IMG/VR virus record: IMGVR_UViG_3300018080_000020
Span: 1,939 to 65,938 of that record
Origin: a virus
Taxonomy: Duplodnaviria > Caudoviricetes
DNA: 64,000 bases
Direction: 5' to 3' (one strand)
Part shown: one piece after another, positions 35,680 through 46,269 of the stretch
Layout of the letters: the number at the start of each line of letters is the position of its first letter
How positions within the stretch are numbered: position 1 is the stretch's first letter
Position numbers and translations under genes: made by a program
Notes under the pieces: generated by a model
The model's input: only the letters and a program-made list of their open reading frames with translations
Told to the model about the DNA's origin: nothing
The model's database searches: none

Positions 35680-38600
35680 TTAGCTTCTCCCTTTCACCCT
35701 TTTAACTACGTTATGCAGTAGGGTATTTCTTTGTTCTGTTAACCTGTCTATCTCTTCCCTTTTTTTCTCAGGAGATCTATTGCTCTCAGCTATCAGACGC
35801 TGTCTTGCACGAATGCGTGATATACGTTCTTGAACCTTTCTAAGATGCTTGTACCTGCTAAGTTCAATCCGATGTGTCTGTCTATACAGTCTACCCTTTA
35901 TGCCCTGATGATACTTTTTGTAGTTATTCATGGCACTGTTTGCTTCATCAGATGCACGCAGCATCTCGTAGAACTCTTCTTCAGACTTAGTCCTGTACGG
36001 TGCTGCATTCCCCTTAACGAACCTTCCGATACCAGTAATGTATCTATCACCAATCCGTGTTGCAGGATCTTCTGGATATGATGTTAGCCACTGCATAATA
36101 CCCTTATCGATCATGTACATTGCTGCAGTTCCAAAACCACCCAATATGTCATTAACTAACTGGTCGATACGTTTAGGTGACACTTGGCTAATATGTTTAC
36201 CGACAACTGAGCCTAACCATTTCGCAATATCGCTACTGCGTTCATTATACCTGTCAGGTGCTGGTAGGCCCTGCTCACGCAGTGACTCGATAGGAGCACC
36301 AGTAAAGAAGTTCTTGTTAGCATACTGTTGTGCTATTGGTTTAATCCATTGTGGGAATACATCCATTCTGAACGTATCAACAATAGTGTCCTTAACAACT
36401 TTGAACAATCGTTTACCATCAACAGATCCGTTCAGGTATTGTCCAAAGAACACAGGCAGTGTTCCAAAGACAGCACCAAGTTCGAATGGAAGTGGTATGC
36501 GAAGGTGGCCTATGCCGAATGGTACATCAAAGAAGTTCATGTACTGAAGTCTCTCATAGTCCTGTAGCTCTTTGTACCGATCATCATCAGCATTCCAGCA
36601 GTGTACAACTCCTGCTAACACTGTTAGCATAGCACCACGTAGTAGTAGATTATTACGTGTCTTCTTGTCTGTGAATGTTCGACCTACCTTATATAGACCC
36701 TGAATTCTGGCGTTAAGGAACGGTATATTTCTTATTGCTGCTTGGACGATAGCTGCTTTACCTGACATGTAGAAGTCTAACAGATCCTTTGCCCGGTATC
36801 CGGCCTCTAACTTAGACTTACCGGACTCTTTAAGCCTCATGTACAGGCCAAGCCGTGCAGCATTTTCGGATGCTTCACCGAACCTACCCCATAGCTCCTT
36901 AGCCTTAGCAAACTTATCCTTATTAGTTATATCCTTATGCAGCTTCTTAAGTGCCTTCTGACCTGTCTTTCCTATATCACGTTGGTGATAAGCACCAGAG
37001 AAAGCACCACCCGTTGCAGCGAGCTCACGCATTATATCATCGTTCTTAATGGCGTGCTTAAAGCCTTTGATTGAATCGATCAGTGGCCTGAATGACTTCT
37101 CGATCAACGCAACGTGTGCTGTATCACGGACAAAGTTAGCCACACGGAAAGCTGGCATTACTGTCACTCCCCATGTAAGCCATTTTTTAGGCATACTTAA
37201 CCATTGGCTTGTCTTTCCCTGTGAGACTGAGTGAAGGTCTATCAGTGTAGAGGCAAGTACAGGATCTTCGACACGTATCTTTTGAGCGTTACCCTTCACG
37301 TATATCTTAAGGACATTATTACCAGTAGCCTTAGTGTCTTCCTTCTTTGCAAGTCCAGCCTGAACCATAATAGAGAGCGACTTCTTTCTCGCCATATTAT
37401 GCAGGGCCTCATGGAACATAAAGCCATAGTTATTTACTAAGTTCTGGACAGGATCTCCTAAGGCAGACTTACCACCTTTAAGTTTACGAATGACCTGTTT
37501 AATATCCTTTCCTCCGGCTCTCTGGAATATAGTCTCCATCTCACCAGTACTTGGATCTTCAATCATTCTCGTAAATGGAATATAGTACTTACGTTCCCAG
37601 CCCTTACGCTTAGTAGCATCAATAATTCCTGCTTTCTCAAGAAAGTCAAGCATACCCTTATTAATACGCTCTAAGTCCTTTTCTACCTCATCCCATACCT
37701 TTCTGTTCTCTCTGTAAATTTGATCCGTATGGCTCAGTAGAATCTTAACAGTTTCAGCATCATCAAGGTTCTCACCGAACAGGTTCTGTCTATCCTTAGC
37801 CATAAGCTCTTGTGCTGACTTACCTAAGTATCTAAAGAAGAATGGTTCCCTCTGTTCTTCTGGAAGTTTTCTTATAGCCTCAAAGAGTCCACCATCACCA
37901 GCGTTAGATGCCCAGTGCTCTTCGTATACTGGCACACCGTGCTCAAGAACCTGTCTAAACATAGTAGGGAATGAGCTTAGCATTCTGTGAGCCTTATACC
38001 CGGACATAGCCGTTGATATATCCTTACCTTCTTCAAGTAACTTCAGTGCGTGAAGGTCATCTGCAATCCATAGTATTGCCCTATCCCAGAAGCTTAGCTC
38101 TAACCTGTTAGCAGACTTGGCTGGCTTATCCTGTGCATAACCGAACCCTTCGAATACAGCCTTGGCTTTAGGATCTTTGATACCTTCAGTCCAAGACTTA
38201 GCATACCTCACTTGTGAGTCAGTCTTTTCAAATTTTTTTTCTATGAAGTTCTTATAGTTAGCACCAGTTACCTTGTTAAAATCATCTTTTGTAATGTTAG
38301 ACTTTCCAAGTAATCTTACCGGGGCTGACTCAAACAAGCGTACTTGTCCAACCGCAGGAACGTACCATCCCTTATATCCAAGCTTTCTAAGCTCAACATC
38401 AGATGGTTTGTTTGCTTCCTTGACCTCATAGATCTCGTCAGCATTCACACGTGATAAATACACTGGCAAGTTACCAAATCGATGTGCCTCAATACTCTTA
38501 GCGTCCTTTGGTACGTACCAGTTAGACTTATGCAAGAATCCTTCGTACAGTTCTCCTGTTTCCCAGTCCTTAATCTCATGTCTTTCAGCACCAATTTGAC

Positions 38601-41600
38601 CTGTACCCATGTACTTAGGATCGATCTCTTTAAGCTCACCCTTTGGTGAATAGTGTATGATGTCCATGTACTTATTGTTAAAGTCAATTGGAATAGAGAA
38701 CTTTACTTCTTTGCCCTTTATAAGTACAGATGTATAATAATTATCAAGCTTGTTGCTGAAGTTTATATTATTAAGATCACCACGATTGTATGTACCGTCT
38801 TGATAAATAAGATCACCGTTATGGATAACGCTTTCCTGATCGTACTTTTTAGCAAGGTCTAATGCAGCCTCATTTGAAATTTCAAACACAAGGAAAGATT
38901 CTTCAAGGTTATCATACCTACCTTCAACAGGTACGTACTCGTATCCTTTATCTTGAAGTTCTTCAACAAGCCTCTTATTACGCTTCTCGTTCTCTTCACG
39001 TGATAAGGCTTTAGCTTGTGGGTTCTCAGCAGTAAGGATAGCAAAGTCTCTGGTCTTTAAGATAGACTCTTTTGTTTTACTACCTCTAAACTCAGCCAGT
39101 GAAACCTCTATACCACCAAGTTGCAATGACTTAGGGTTACTATCGGCAAAGTATTTAGGGTTAAGTGGTGCTGCTTTAACGTTAAACGGTTTTTTACCCT
39201 TTTTATTTATATACTCTCTATACTCTTGTTCAAGGTCAGATAGCTTAGGTATCTTGCCAAGGTTAAACTTTTTAGCAAGCGTACCAGTCTTATCTGGCCC
39301 CATCATTTTATCAAGATATTCAAGAGGAGTTAAACCGTCAAGTGCAGCAGACTTTGTGTTTAGTCCCTCAGCATAATCAAACACTTCACCTTCTCGACCA
39401 CCTTCTGTCTTTTGAACTTCATGTACCCATAGTGCAGCTTGAACTTGCTGCGGAGTTACATTATAGCCTTCTTTAGATAGCTTATCTGCAATTTCAAACA
39501 TCTTATGCCTTGCACTAAAGGCTTCCGGTTTTGTGAGTGCAGCGTCTATCTCTGTAAGCTCCATTTTACCATCAGCAATATCTTGTAGTATTCTATTATT
39601 AAGCTTAGTTGGCCCATAAAATATACGATACATCCAACGGTCATTAACGGTAGCTATATCATCACCAAGCAATGCCCGGATAAACTCTGTTACTTTAAAC
39701 TGTGATGACTTCACAGATTCAGTATAGAACTTTCCACCAGTAAGTTTATTGAGCTTGCTAAGTAACATGTTTGGGAACCTTGATCTTGGCATATCAAGTT
39801 TACCCTGTAGGTATAAATATGTTTCAGTAGCCCACTTAGCATTTGTACTTACACGCCCACCCGGTGAGGTTAGTGCAAGCAGTATATTAAATATACCAGC
39901 GTCATCACCAAACTTTTCTGCTACTAATTTTTGATGGTTCTGATACCATGTTACTGCCTTAGGATGCTTATCCATCATGTATTTAACGGTATCCACATAT
40001 TTATTTGTTGGTCTTTGGAACTCGTTAAACTGTCTAAGCTCTCCATACATGTAATGGCTCTTTGCAGCTTCAAGTATAAGATCTATCTGTTTAAGGTTAA
40101 GCTCTGGCGTTCTACCAGTTTTAAATACCCTTTGCAGCCAATTATTAATGAAGTCTCTTATTCTTGTCCAGATCGTTTTTCTTTTAACTGGATCAAGACC
40201 CTCAGCACGATGGGCCATAAACTCTTCTGCAAGATATATGCGTGCCTCTTCTGGCTTAAGGTTCTTTAGCTCAGGCCCATATATTTTTTTCATCTGAGTA
40301 TATTCAGGTAGATCTTTAACAACATCGTGAACAGATAACATTAACTGATCAAAGTCAATATCGTTAGACTTACAGAATTTCTTTAAGCCCTCATGACCAA
40401 TATGCTCATGCATCCAAATAGCAATAGCTTCATTAGTGTCTACAAGGTTATCAGAAAATAGAAAGACCTTTCCATCAGGGGTTTTCATACCCTTTTCTTT
40501 AGACAGCTTAGCATCAGAGTATTTTTTAGGTAGTTCGCTTGGATTCCTTAGAACTTTAGTGGTTAGGCCACGTGAACCCATAATATCTGTGAGTGGCTTA
40601 ACTGCATTCTGAATTATCTTGTGCTTCAGCTTAGGTGCTGGCTTAGAACTCTTGGCGTACCTCACCTGTACCCTGTCAGTTTCCTTAACCTCATGGTTAG
40701 TTTGAAGCCTGTCAAGTGCTTTGTTCATAGACTCAATGCTAACATCTTCGCCTTGAGGTATGATAAAGGTTTGTCCGGCCTTCATTGTTCCAACTGGCTT
40801 ATAGGTTGTAAACTGTTCACCAACCCCTTCCCATGTACCATCATATTTTAATAGCCCGGGAACGGATTCATTAACCTTTTTAACTACGCTCTCTGATAGT
40901 GAAGATTTGGCATAACGGATCTTACCTTGTTTTTTCAGTCTTCTAAACAGAGGCTTAAAGTCATCGATGACCTTTTGTTTCTGAGCAGGAGTCTTAGCCT
41001 TACGCACTAACTCATCACGCTTAGTTAGGACAGAGCTAACACTATCAATATCAGCAACCTTCATTTTAGCTTTACTGCTAAGCTTTTCTTCTTCGGTAAG
41101 CTTCTGTTTACCCTTTTGTCTCAGGGCCTCTACCTGTTCTGCCAAGCGTTTCTTTCTACCACGCTGCAGGGCCTCACGATAGGTTTCCTTGACCTGAGCA
41201 CGTGTAGTTAACTTTTCTCCGATAAGTTTAGCCTTTTCTGCTGAGCGTTTTTTAGCTTTTTCTGCAAGTCTCTTCTCAGATTCAGTTCTCTTTTTCTTCG
41301 CTGCAGCTTTCGCTTGAGCTTGGAGTTTGGAGACAGTAGGACGGTTCTGAACAATTTTTCTTTGTAGATCTTCTCGTTCAGCAGCATCTTCTTGAACTGG
41401 TTGTTTGTATGATCTTTTTCTTTCTTCATACTTCACCTGTGCCTTACCAGCCTTTTTACCAGCTATAGTTCCCTCTTCCTTACCTTGCTCCTTTGCGATC
41501 TTTGTTGCTTCTAAGTGATCAATACGATCTGTAAGAATACCAGATACTCGTTGTCCTACGGCCTGTACCTTAGGATCAGCATGGTTGATAAGTGACCTTA

Positions 41601-43077
41601 TATTCCATCGTGCTAACTTAAGAGTACCAATATTTTCAGAGTCAGATATTAACAGGTCACGTGCCTTATCTAATCCCTTAGACTTAGCAGGACTCTCTCC
41701 GGCCTCTTGGATCTGTCTTGAAATATCATCAACAGCGTCAAGTGCATTACCGTCAGATTCGTTAATGTGGTTGATAAAGTGATCTAACTGTTCAGTCTTA
41801 GCCTGTTCAAGGACTGCCTGAGCATTCTCACGCTTTAACCTATCCTCACTTGCCTGTCTTTCACCAGCATGACGTGCCTCTCTTGCCATCTCAGCGTTCA
41901 TTTCAGCCTGACGTGACTGTTGTGCAGCAAGGACTTGGTTCTCTGTTTTCTGTACTTGTTTCTGTCTTTCGTACTGTTCAAGCGTAATTCCGGCTTCGGC
42001 TGTGCTTGGAGATTCAACTACCTCTGCTACCTTTTTACCTGTACCAGTCTCTGTTACAGTGTCTTGTTTTGGTCTTTCGCCTGTTTGAAGCTCCTCTTCT
42101 TCTTCAAACATTTCATCGAGATCTTTAGGCTCCTTAACCTTATCAGGATGTGCCTCATACTCTTCTATCTGTTCCTTTGTAGCTCTAAGCTTTTCGTATA
42201 CCTTTTGTTTTCTTTCTTCAAAGTAATCGGCAGCATTAGCAGGGCCACTAATAACAACACCAGCACCCGGAATAAGAGCACCACCTACAGCACCTGTCTG
42301 CATAGCACGGTTTCGTTGTTCCTTGAACTCCTCACTATCTGTATACTCATCCCACATCTTGTAGAGTTCTTCTTTTGTAGCATTAGGATTAGCAGCGTAC
42401 AGGTCAGCCCATACCTCAGTGTATGCTTGTATACCCTCTTCACCTGCTTCACCTAAAGCACCAGTACCAATTGCCCTTATTATATCAAATAAACGATCTC
42501 CAATTTTAGCCTTAGTGCCAAGGTGTTTTATAACACGCTTTAGAGCACCAAGTTCCAAAAGGTTACCAGCCATTTCTGCAGGTGTTGATGTGATAGCATG
42601 AAGTAAAGCAGCCTCATTAGCAACCTGTTCGTCTATACCACGATCAAGAAGCTCTTCGTTCTTTTGACCGTACAGTGCAGCAAAGGTTAATCCAGTACCG
42701 ATAGGTGCATTAATAGCAGTAGCAATCATCGGTGCTGCATACGTAGCCATACCAACGACAGCATCTTCAACTATACCAGATGATTCACCCTGAGGATCTT
42801 CAAACTGTTTACCCCACGATCTAAGTCTTTCGATCCATTCAGGTTTCTTCTTCTCTCCTTCAGGGCCTCGGAATGCCTGTGCTGCTCCACCAGCTATACC
42901 AGTAGCTACATCTCCAACTCCCTTGTCGAGTGCTTGACCTATCCGTGTAAAGGTTTCTTGTTCAAAGAACCCACGTTCAGCAGGTTCAAATCCTTCAGGT
43001 AAGTCATCATCACTCGCTGCAAATCCTTCTGGAAGATCTTCTTCCTCAACTGTAAATCCATCAGGTAGATCTGTCAT
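35680..43077 (-). CDS. Large polyvalent internal virion (ejection) protein
   Basis: 2465 aa; HEHIGHEG zincin-like motif; FAILTAENPQ domain; C-terminal LRIPLPFELG...NFFTGAPI (LPD38-like). Confidence 0.8.
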   Translation of the reverse strand: MTDLPDGFTVEEEDLPEGFAASDDDLPEGFEPAERGFFEQETFTRIGQALDKGVGDVATGIAGGAAQAFRGPEGEKKKPEWIERLRSWGKQFEDPQGESSGIVEDAVVGMATYAAPMIATAINAPIGTGLTFAALYGQKNEELLDRGIDEQVANEAALLHAITSTPAEMAGNLLELGALKRVIKHLGTKAKIGDRLFDIIRAIGTGALGEAGEEGIQAYTEVWADLYAANPNATKEELYKMWDEYTDSEEFKEQRNRAMQTGAVGGALIPGAGVVISGPANAADYFEERKQKVYEKLRATKEQIEEYEAHPDKVKEPKDLDEMFEEEEELQTGERPKQDTVTETGTGKKVAEVVESPSTAEAGITLEQYERQKQVQKTENQVLAAQQSRQAEMNAEMAREARHAGERQASEDRLKRENAQAVLEQAKTEQLDHFINHINESDGNALDAVDDISRQIQEAGESPAKSKGLDKARDLLISDSENIGTLKLARWNIRSLINHADPKVQAVGQRVSGILTDRIDHLEATKIAKEQGKEEGTIAGKKAGKAQVKYEERKRSYKQPVQEDAAEREDLQRKIVQNRPTVSKLQAQAKAAAKKKRTESEKRLAEKAKKRSAEKAKLIGEKLTTRAQVKETYREALQRGRKKRLAEQVEALRQKGKQKLTEEEKLSSKAKMKVADIDSVSSVLTKRDELVRKAKTPAQKQKVIDDFKPLFRRLKKQGKIRYAKSSLSESVVKKVNESVPGLLKYDGTWEGVGEQFTTYKPVGTMKAGQTFIIPQGEDVSIESMNKALDRLQTNHEVKETDRVQVRYAKSSKPAPKLKHKIIQNAVKPLTDIMGSRGLTTKVLRNPSELPKKYSDAKLSKEKGMKTPDGKVFLFSDNLVDTNEAIAIWMHEHIGHEGLKKFCKSNDIDFDQLMLSVHDVVKDLPEYTQMKKIYGPELKNLKPEEARIYLAEEFMAHRAEGLDPVKRKTIWTRIRDFINNWLQRVFKTGRTPELNLKQIDLILEAAKSHYMYGELRQFNEFQRPTNKYVDTVKYMMDKHPKAVTWYQNHQKLVAEKFGDDAGIFNILLALTSPGGRVSTNAKWATETYLYLQGKLDMPRSRFPNMLLSKLNKLTGGKFYTESVKSSQFKVTEFIRALLGDDIATVNDRWMYRIFYGPTKLNNRILQDIADGKMELTEIDAALTKPEAFSARHKMFEIADKLSKEGYNVTPQQVQAALWVHEVQKTEGGREGEVFDYAEGLNTKSAALDGLTPLEYLDKMMGPDKTGTLAKKFNLGKIPKLSDLEQEYREYINKKGKKPFNVKAAPLNPKYFADSNPKSLQLGGIEVSLAEFRGSKTKESILKTRDFAILTAENPQAKALSREENEKRNKRLVEELQDKGYEYVPVEGRYDNLEESFLVFEISNEAALDLAKKYDQESVIHNGDLIYQDGTYNRGDLNNINFSNKLDNYYTSVLIKGKEVKFSIPIDFNNKYMDIIHYSPKGELKEIDPKYMGTGQIGAERHEIKDWETGELYEGFLHKSNWYVPKDAKSIEAHRFGNLPVYLSRVNADEIYEVKEANKPSDVELRKLGYKGWYVPAVGQVRLFESAPVRLLGKSNITKDDFNKVTGANYKNFIEKKFEKTDSQVRYAKSWTEGIKDPKAKAVFEGFGYAQDKPAKSANRLELSFWDRAILWIADDLHALKLLEEGKDISTAMSGYKAHRMLSSFPTMFRQVLEHGVPVYEEHWASNAGDGGLFEAIRKLPEEQREPFFFRYLGKSAQELMAKDRQNLFGENLDDAETVKILLSHTDQIYRENRKVWDEVEKDLERINKGMLDFLEKAGIIDATKRKGWERKYYIPFTRMIEDPSTGEMETIFQRAGGKDIKQVIRKLKGGKSALGDPVQNLVNNYGFMFHEALHNMARKKSLSIMVQAGLAKKEDTKATGNNVLKIYVKGNAQKIRVEDPVLASTLIDLHSVSQGKTSQWLSMPKKWLTWGVTVMPAFRVANFVRDTAHVALIEKSFRPLIDSIKGFKHAIKNDDIMRELAATGGAFSGAYHQRDIGKTGQKALKKLHKDITNKDKFAKAKELWGRFGEASENAARLGLYMRLKESGKSKLEAGYRAKDLLDFYMSGKAAIVQAAIRNIPFLNARIQGLYKVGRTFTDKKTRNNLLLRGAMLTVLAGVVHCWNADDDRYKELQDYERLQYMNFFDVPFGIGHLRIPLPFELGAVFGTLPVFFGQYLNGSVDGKRLFKVVKDTIVDTFRMDVFPQWIKPIAQQYANKNFFTGAPIESLREQGLPAPDRYNERSSDIAKWLGSVVGKHISQVSPKRIDQLVNDILGGFGTAAMYMIDKGIMQWLTSYPEDPATRIGDRYITGIGRFVKGNAAPYRTKSEEEFYEMLRASDEANSAMNNYKKYHQGIKGRLYRQTHRIELSRYKHLRKVQERISRIRARQRLIAESNRSPEKKREEIDRLTEQRNTLLHNVVKRVKGRS

Positions 43078-43088
43078 TTAGACCTCTC

Positions 43089-44474
43089 TTAGAATGGCAT
43101 GTTAGATATGCCTCTTGGTTCTTCAGTAGTTTTTTCAGAGGCTACCCTTTTCCATTTTCCTTCTTTATTCTTTTCGTATCGAACACTTCCGTCAGTACTT
43201 TCAAGTACTGTGGCTGATACTTTCTTATAAGACTTACCGTCAGGGCCTTTAAAGGTTTTACCCTTAGTAACCTTTTTAGTATTCTCGATCTGATTACCTT
43301 TACTGTCGGTTACTTTTATTTTTTCTTTTTGAGCAAAGAACTCTGTAAGGCTATGTTTTTTTCTTAAGCCCTTTACCCACTCTGTATATTCAGGTGTGTT
43401 TTCGTCATAAGGAGGATACTCTAATTCTTCAAGATACCTTTTATAGTTTTCCTTATCTGCATACTTTTTAAGGAATTTTGACTCATACTCTTGTTCAGCT
43501 TCATCCCAAGAAACACCATTTTTTTCTGCAATCTTCTTAATCTCTTTTTGTCTTGGTGTTAATCCTTTCAGGCCACTTCGATTATACTCAGCCTCAGACT
43601 TAGCTTTATCAATACCAGCAACAGTCTTTTGTTCCTCATAGCTCTTAAAGCCATTATCCTCAAGGTACTTTTGGCCTTCCTCACCTTCCCATTCATTACC
43701 TGTACCGGGTTCAGCATATACTGTCTTTACACCACCACCACGTGCTCCAATATAATCGTACTGATTAAAACTAAGTATTCTCCTACCCTTTCCGTTAGTA
43801 AATACTGTAGCATTCTTTCTTGCTTCAAGATTATCCTGTCTCCACTTTTCATCATTATAGGTCATGTATTTAAAAAACTTATTGGCACCCTCTTTTGATA
43901 TACCCGGAACGTCACCTTTAAATTCAAAGTACGTTCCAATTATATTTCTAACTGCAGACTCTTGTGGAATAGGTTCCTTATGAATTTCACCAGTAATCTC
44001 ATTCACAACACGCATAGTGCTATTACTATGGTTAAAATCAACTATCTTAAATCCATTATTAATTATATTATAGTTTGGCTTTATAAGGTTCTCAAGGGCC
44101 TTATTATACTGACCACGTTTCGATTCTATAACTTTACCATCTGGTGACTTTGTAGAATTAATCTCGACCGTAGCTTGGGCTGTTTGTCTTTGAAGTGCAA
44201 GCATAGTTGCGTTGTATCGCTTAACGTTTAAGTCCATCTTTTGGTTTTCAATTTCACCATGGATCTTCTGTGCAGCAGCCCATGCCCTACCATCGTGTCC
44301 TTCAATCTTTGATGCATCAAAGTTTTTATCTTTTTCTAAAGCGGAAAGGTATTCACTTGTTGCACTGTTAGTTTGCATATCCTGAATATCTTTATTCATT
44401 CCTACAAGTGACCTAACACTATTTGCTATTCCCATCCAATCGTTAAATGTTGGTCTTCCGTATTCATCGACCAT
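43089..44474 (-). CDS. Putative internal virion/ejection protein
   Basis: Position between the pilot-like gene and the giant protein. Confidence 0.6.
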   Translation of the reverse strand: MVDEYGRPTFNDWMGIANSVRSLVGMNKDIQDMQTNSATSEYLSALEKDKNFDASKIEGHDGRAWAAAQKIHGEIENQKMDLNVKRYNATMLALQRQTAQATVEINSTKSPDGKVIESKRGQYNKALENLIKPNYNIINNGFKIVDFNHSNSTMRVVNEITGEIHKEPIPQESAVRNIIGTYFEFKGDVPGISKEGANKFFKYMTYNDEKWRQDNLEARKNATVFTNGKGRRILSFNQYDYIGARGGGVKTVYAEPGTGNEWEGEEGQKYLEDNGFKSYEEQKTVAGIDKAKSEAEYNRSGLKGLTPRQKEIKKIAEKNGVSWDEAEQEYESKFLKKYADKENYKRYLEELEYPPYDENTPEYTEWVKGLRKKHSLTEFFAQKEKIKVTDSKGNQIENTKKVTKGKTFKGPDGKSYKKVSATVLESTDGSVRYEKNKEGKWKRVASEKTTEEPRGISNMPF

Positions 44475-44484
44475 GATAATCTCC

Positions 44485-44817
44485 TTAACTCATATAGTAT
44501 GCTAACAGCCCAACACCAGCACCAATACCAGCACCCCACCAACCTAAACTGCTACCCATCTTTGCTCCTGTTGCCATGGATGCAATACTGGCACCAGCAG
44601 CGGCACCACCCATTGCTGACATAAGACCGCCACCAAACGTGTGCCCGGGTGCTTGTGTTTCTGATGTTTTAGTTCCCTTTTGAGACATACTTGCAAGTGT
44701 TCGGGATGCCTGTGCAAGCGTATTAGATGCAGCCTCCTTAGGGTCTTTTGGTTGATAGAGGCCACGAACACCAGTTCCTTGTACCCCTCTTAAGTTTAAT
44801 CCAGATAGTCCAGCCAT
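44485..44817 (-). CDS. Gly/Ala-rich pilot-like ejection protein
   Basis: C-terminal glycine-zipper hydrophobic segment; AAGGAGG RBS before ATG at 44817. Confidence 0.6.
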   Translation of the reverse strand: MAGLSGLNLRGVQGTGVRGLYQPKDPKEAASNTLAQASRTLASMSQKGTKTSETQAPGHTFGGGLMSAMGGAAAGASIASMATGAKMGSSLGWWGAGIGAGVGLLAYYMS

Positions 44818-44827
44818 TATATCCTCC

Positions 44828-45547
44828 TTATGCTCCTGCTCGTCTGTCAAGGCCTATAAGCTGTTCAGCAGTAGCAAGTCTTTGGAAGTTTTCAGCCTCT
44901 GCGTTTACTCTTGACACGTTACGTGCAAGTCCTGTAGCCCGGGCACGGTCAAGAGAGCTTGTTTTAAGCATATCTGCAATACGTCCACTACTTACGTTAA
45001 GGCCCATTCTTGCTGCCGATCTTCTTGCTGCAGATTCAGCACCAGATAATGATTGAGCAACATCAGCAGCAGCCGTATCCATTCTACTTTTAACATTAAT
45101 ACCTGAAAGTGCCTGTTCATAGAACTCAGATGATACTGCGTGCCTTTGTGGAATAAGGTCTATCTCAGACTCAAGCCACTCTTTCCTATAGCCAACCTCG
45201 TATGGTGTTAGCTCAAGGATTCCTTCGGCAGTTGCTTTCTGGGCTTCAAGCGTAGCAAGCTGTGTGTCAACCTCAAATGGAAGAAGCTCTAAGTTAGCTG
45301 TAATTTGTGCCTCTTCGTATGGCTTATAGGTTGTTTCCCAGTATTCAAAGTAAGCATCAGACTGTTCTTGTTGTTTTTCAGCAATGGCAGCCATACGTGC
45401 ATTGTACTCTTTATCAACCTCATTAGTAACTGTAGTTTTACTTGTTCCATCCTTGCACTGTGCTACCTCACCGAAATATTCGAACGAATCTTCTTCGATT
45501 ACACTTAATGTATCAATATCAAGTACGACTTTATTATAAATCCTCAT
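44828..45547 (-). CDS. Putative internal virion protein
   Basis: MRIYNKVVLD...EEDSFEY.G.VAQCK leader; helical remainder. Confidence 0.6.
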   Translation of the reverse strand: MRIYNKVVLDIDTLSVIEEDSFEYFGEVAQCKDGTSKTTVTNEVDKEYNARMAAIAEKQQEQSDAYFEYWETTYKPYEEAQITANLELLPFEVDTQLATLEAQKATAEGILELTPYEVGYRKEWLESEIDLIPQRHAVSSEFYEQALSGINVKSRMDTAAADVAQSLSGAESAARRSAARMGLNVSSGRIADMLKTSSLDRARATGLARNVSRVNAEAENFQRLATAEQLIGLDRRAGA

Positions 45548-46079
45548 GATCTTTGCCCCTTACGTAATAGCTAATTACACAGGTTTCACTCTTACCTTTT
45601 TTTTCATTCCATGATAAGTATGGTATTCTGCCAACGATAGTCATGCCTATTAGTTTAGCAAACCTGATTGCTTTAATATTACTAATTGGTGTATACCCTG
45701 TTATGACGTTTAATAGGTATTCGTTATTAGCTTTAATAGACATTATATATCGTAAAAAGTACTTACCTAACCTTATAGCATCACGTGTACTTATATCTTT
45801 TACTGTACACCAGTGACACCTTGCAGTCTTTGTTTCTACACGATTCAACCAAGCTATAGCTGCTGGTTCTTTATTTAAGTGAAGTATAAAAAGGCTACTG
45901 TTTGTTTTCATAACATAAAGAAAATCATTAGCACTGTCTATCCTGCTATTATCAAATATGTGCCCATGACCATGCTCTATGATTTTATTATACAGGCCCT
46001 TTATAAAAGAATCTTTAAAAGTCCTTATACCATCAACACTTGTATATGGTATTATTTCCATATTACTTTTTTTTGCCAC
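45534..46079 (-). CDS. GNAT-like morphogenesis protein
   Basis: GYTPISNIKAIRFAKLIGMTIVGRIP motif; position typical of podoviruses. Confidence 0.65.
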   Translation of the reverse strand: MAKKSNMEIIPYTSVDGIRTFKDSFIKGLYNKIIEHGHGHIFDNSRIDSANDFLYVMKTNSSLFILHLNKEPAAIAWLNRVETKTARCHWCTVKDISTRDAIRLGKYFLRYIMSIKANNEYLLNVITGYTPISNIKAIRFAKLIGMTIVGRIPYLSWNEKKGKSETCVISYYVRGKDHEDL

Positions 46080-46269
46080 TTAGTTCTTCTTTCAGTGCTC
46101 TAACTTGTTCTTGTAATGTAACTATAGTTTGCTCATAGATCTTAACCTTAAGTTCAGCCTCTGCATAAAACTTCAATAGTACATCAACAGGTATACCACC
46201 AGATTGTTTAGGATCAATTACCTTTTGTGGTTCTGCTTTCGGTTTATTCTTATTAGTTTTTTTTGCCAT
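46063..46269 (-). CDS. Small coiled-coil protein (possible fibre chaperone)
   Basis: Follows the tail fibre gene. Confidence 0.55.
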   Translation of the reverse strand: MAKKTNKNKPKAEPQKVIDPKQSGGIPVDVLLKFYAEAELKVKIYEQTIVTLQEQVRALKEELSGKKK

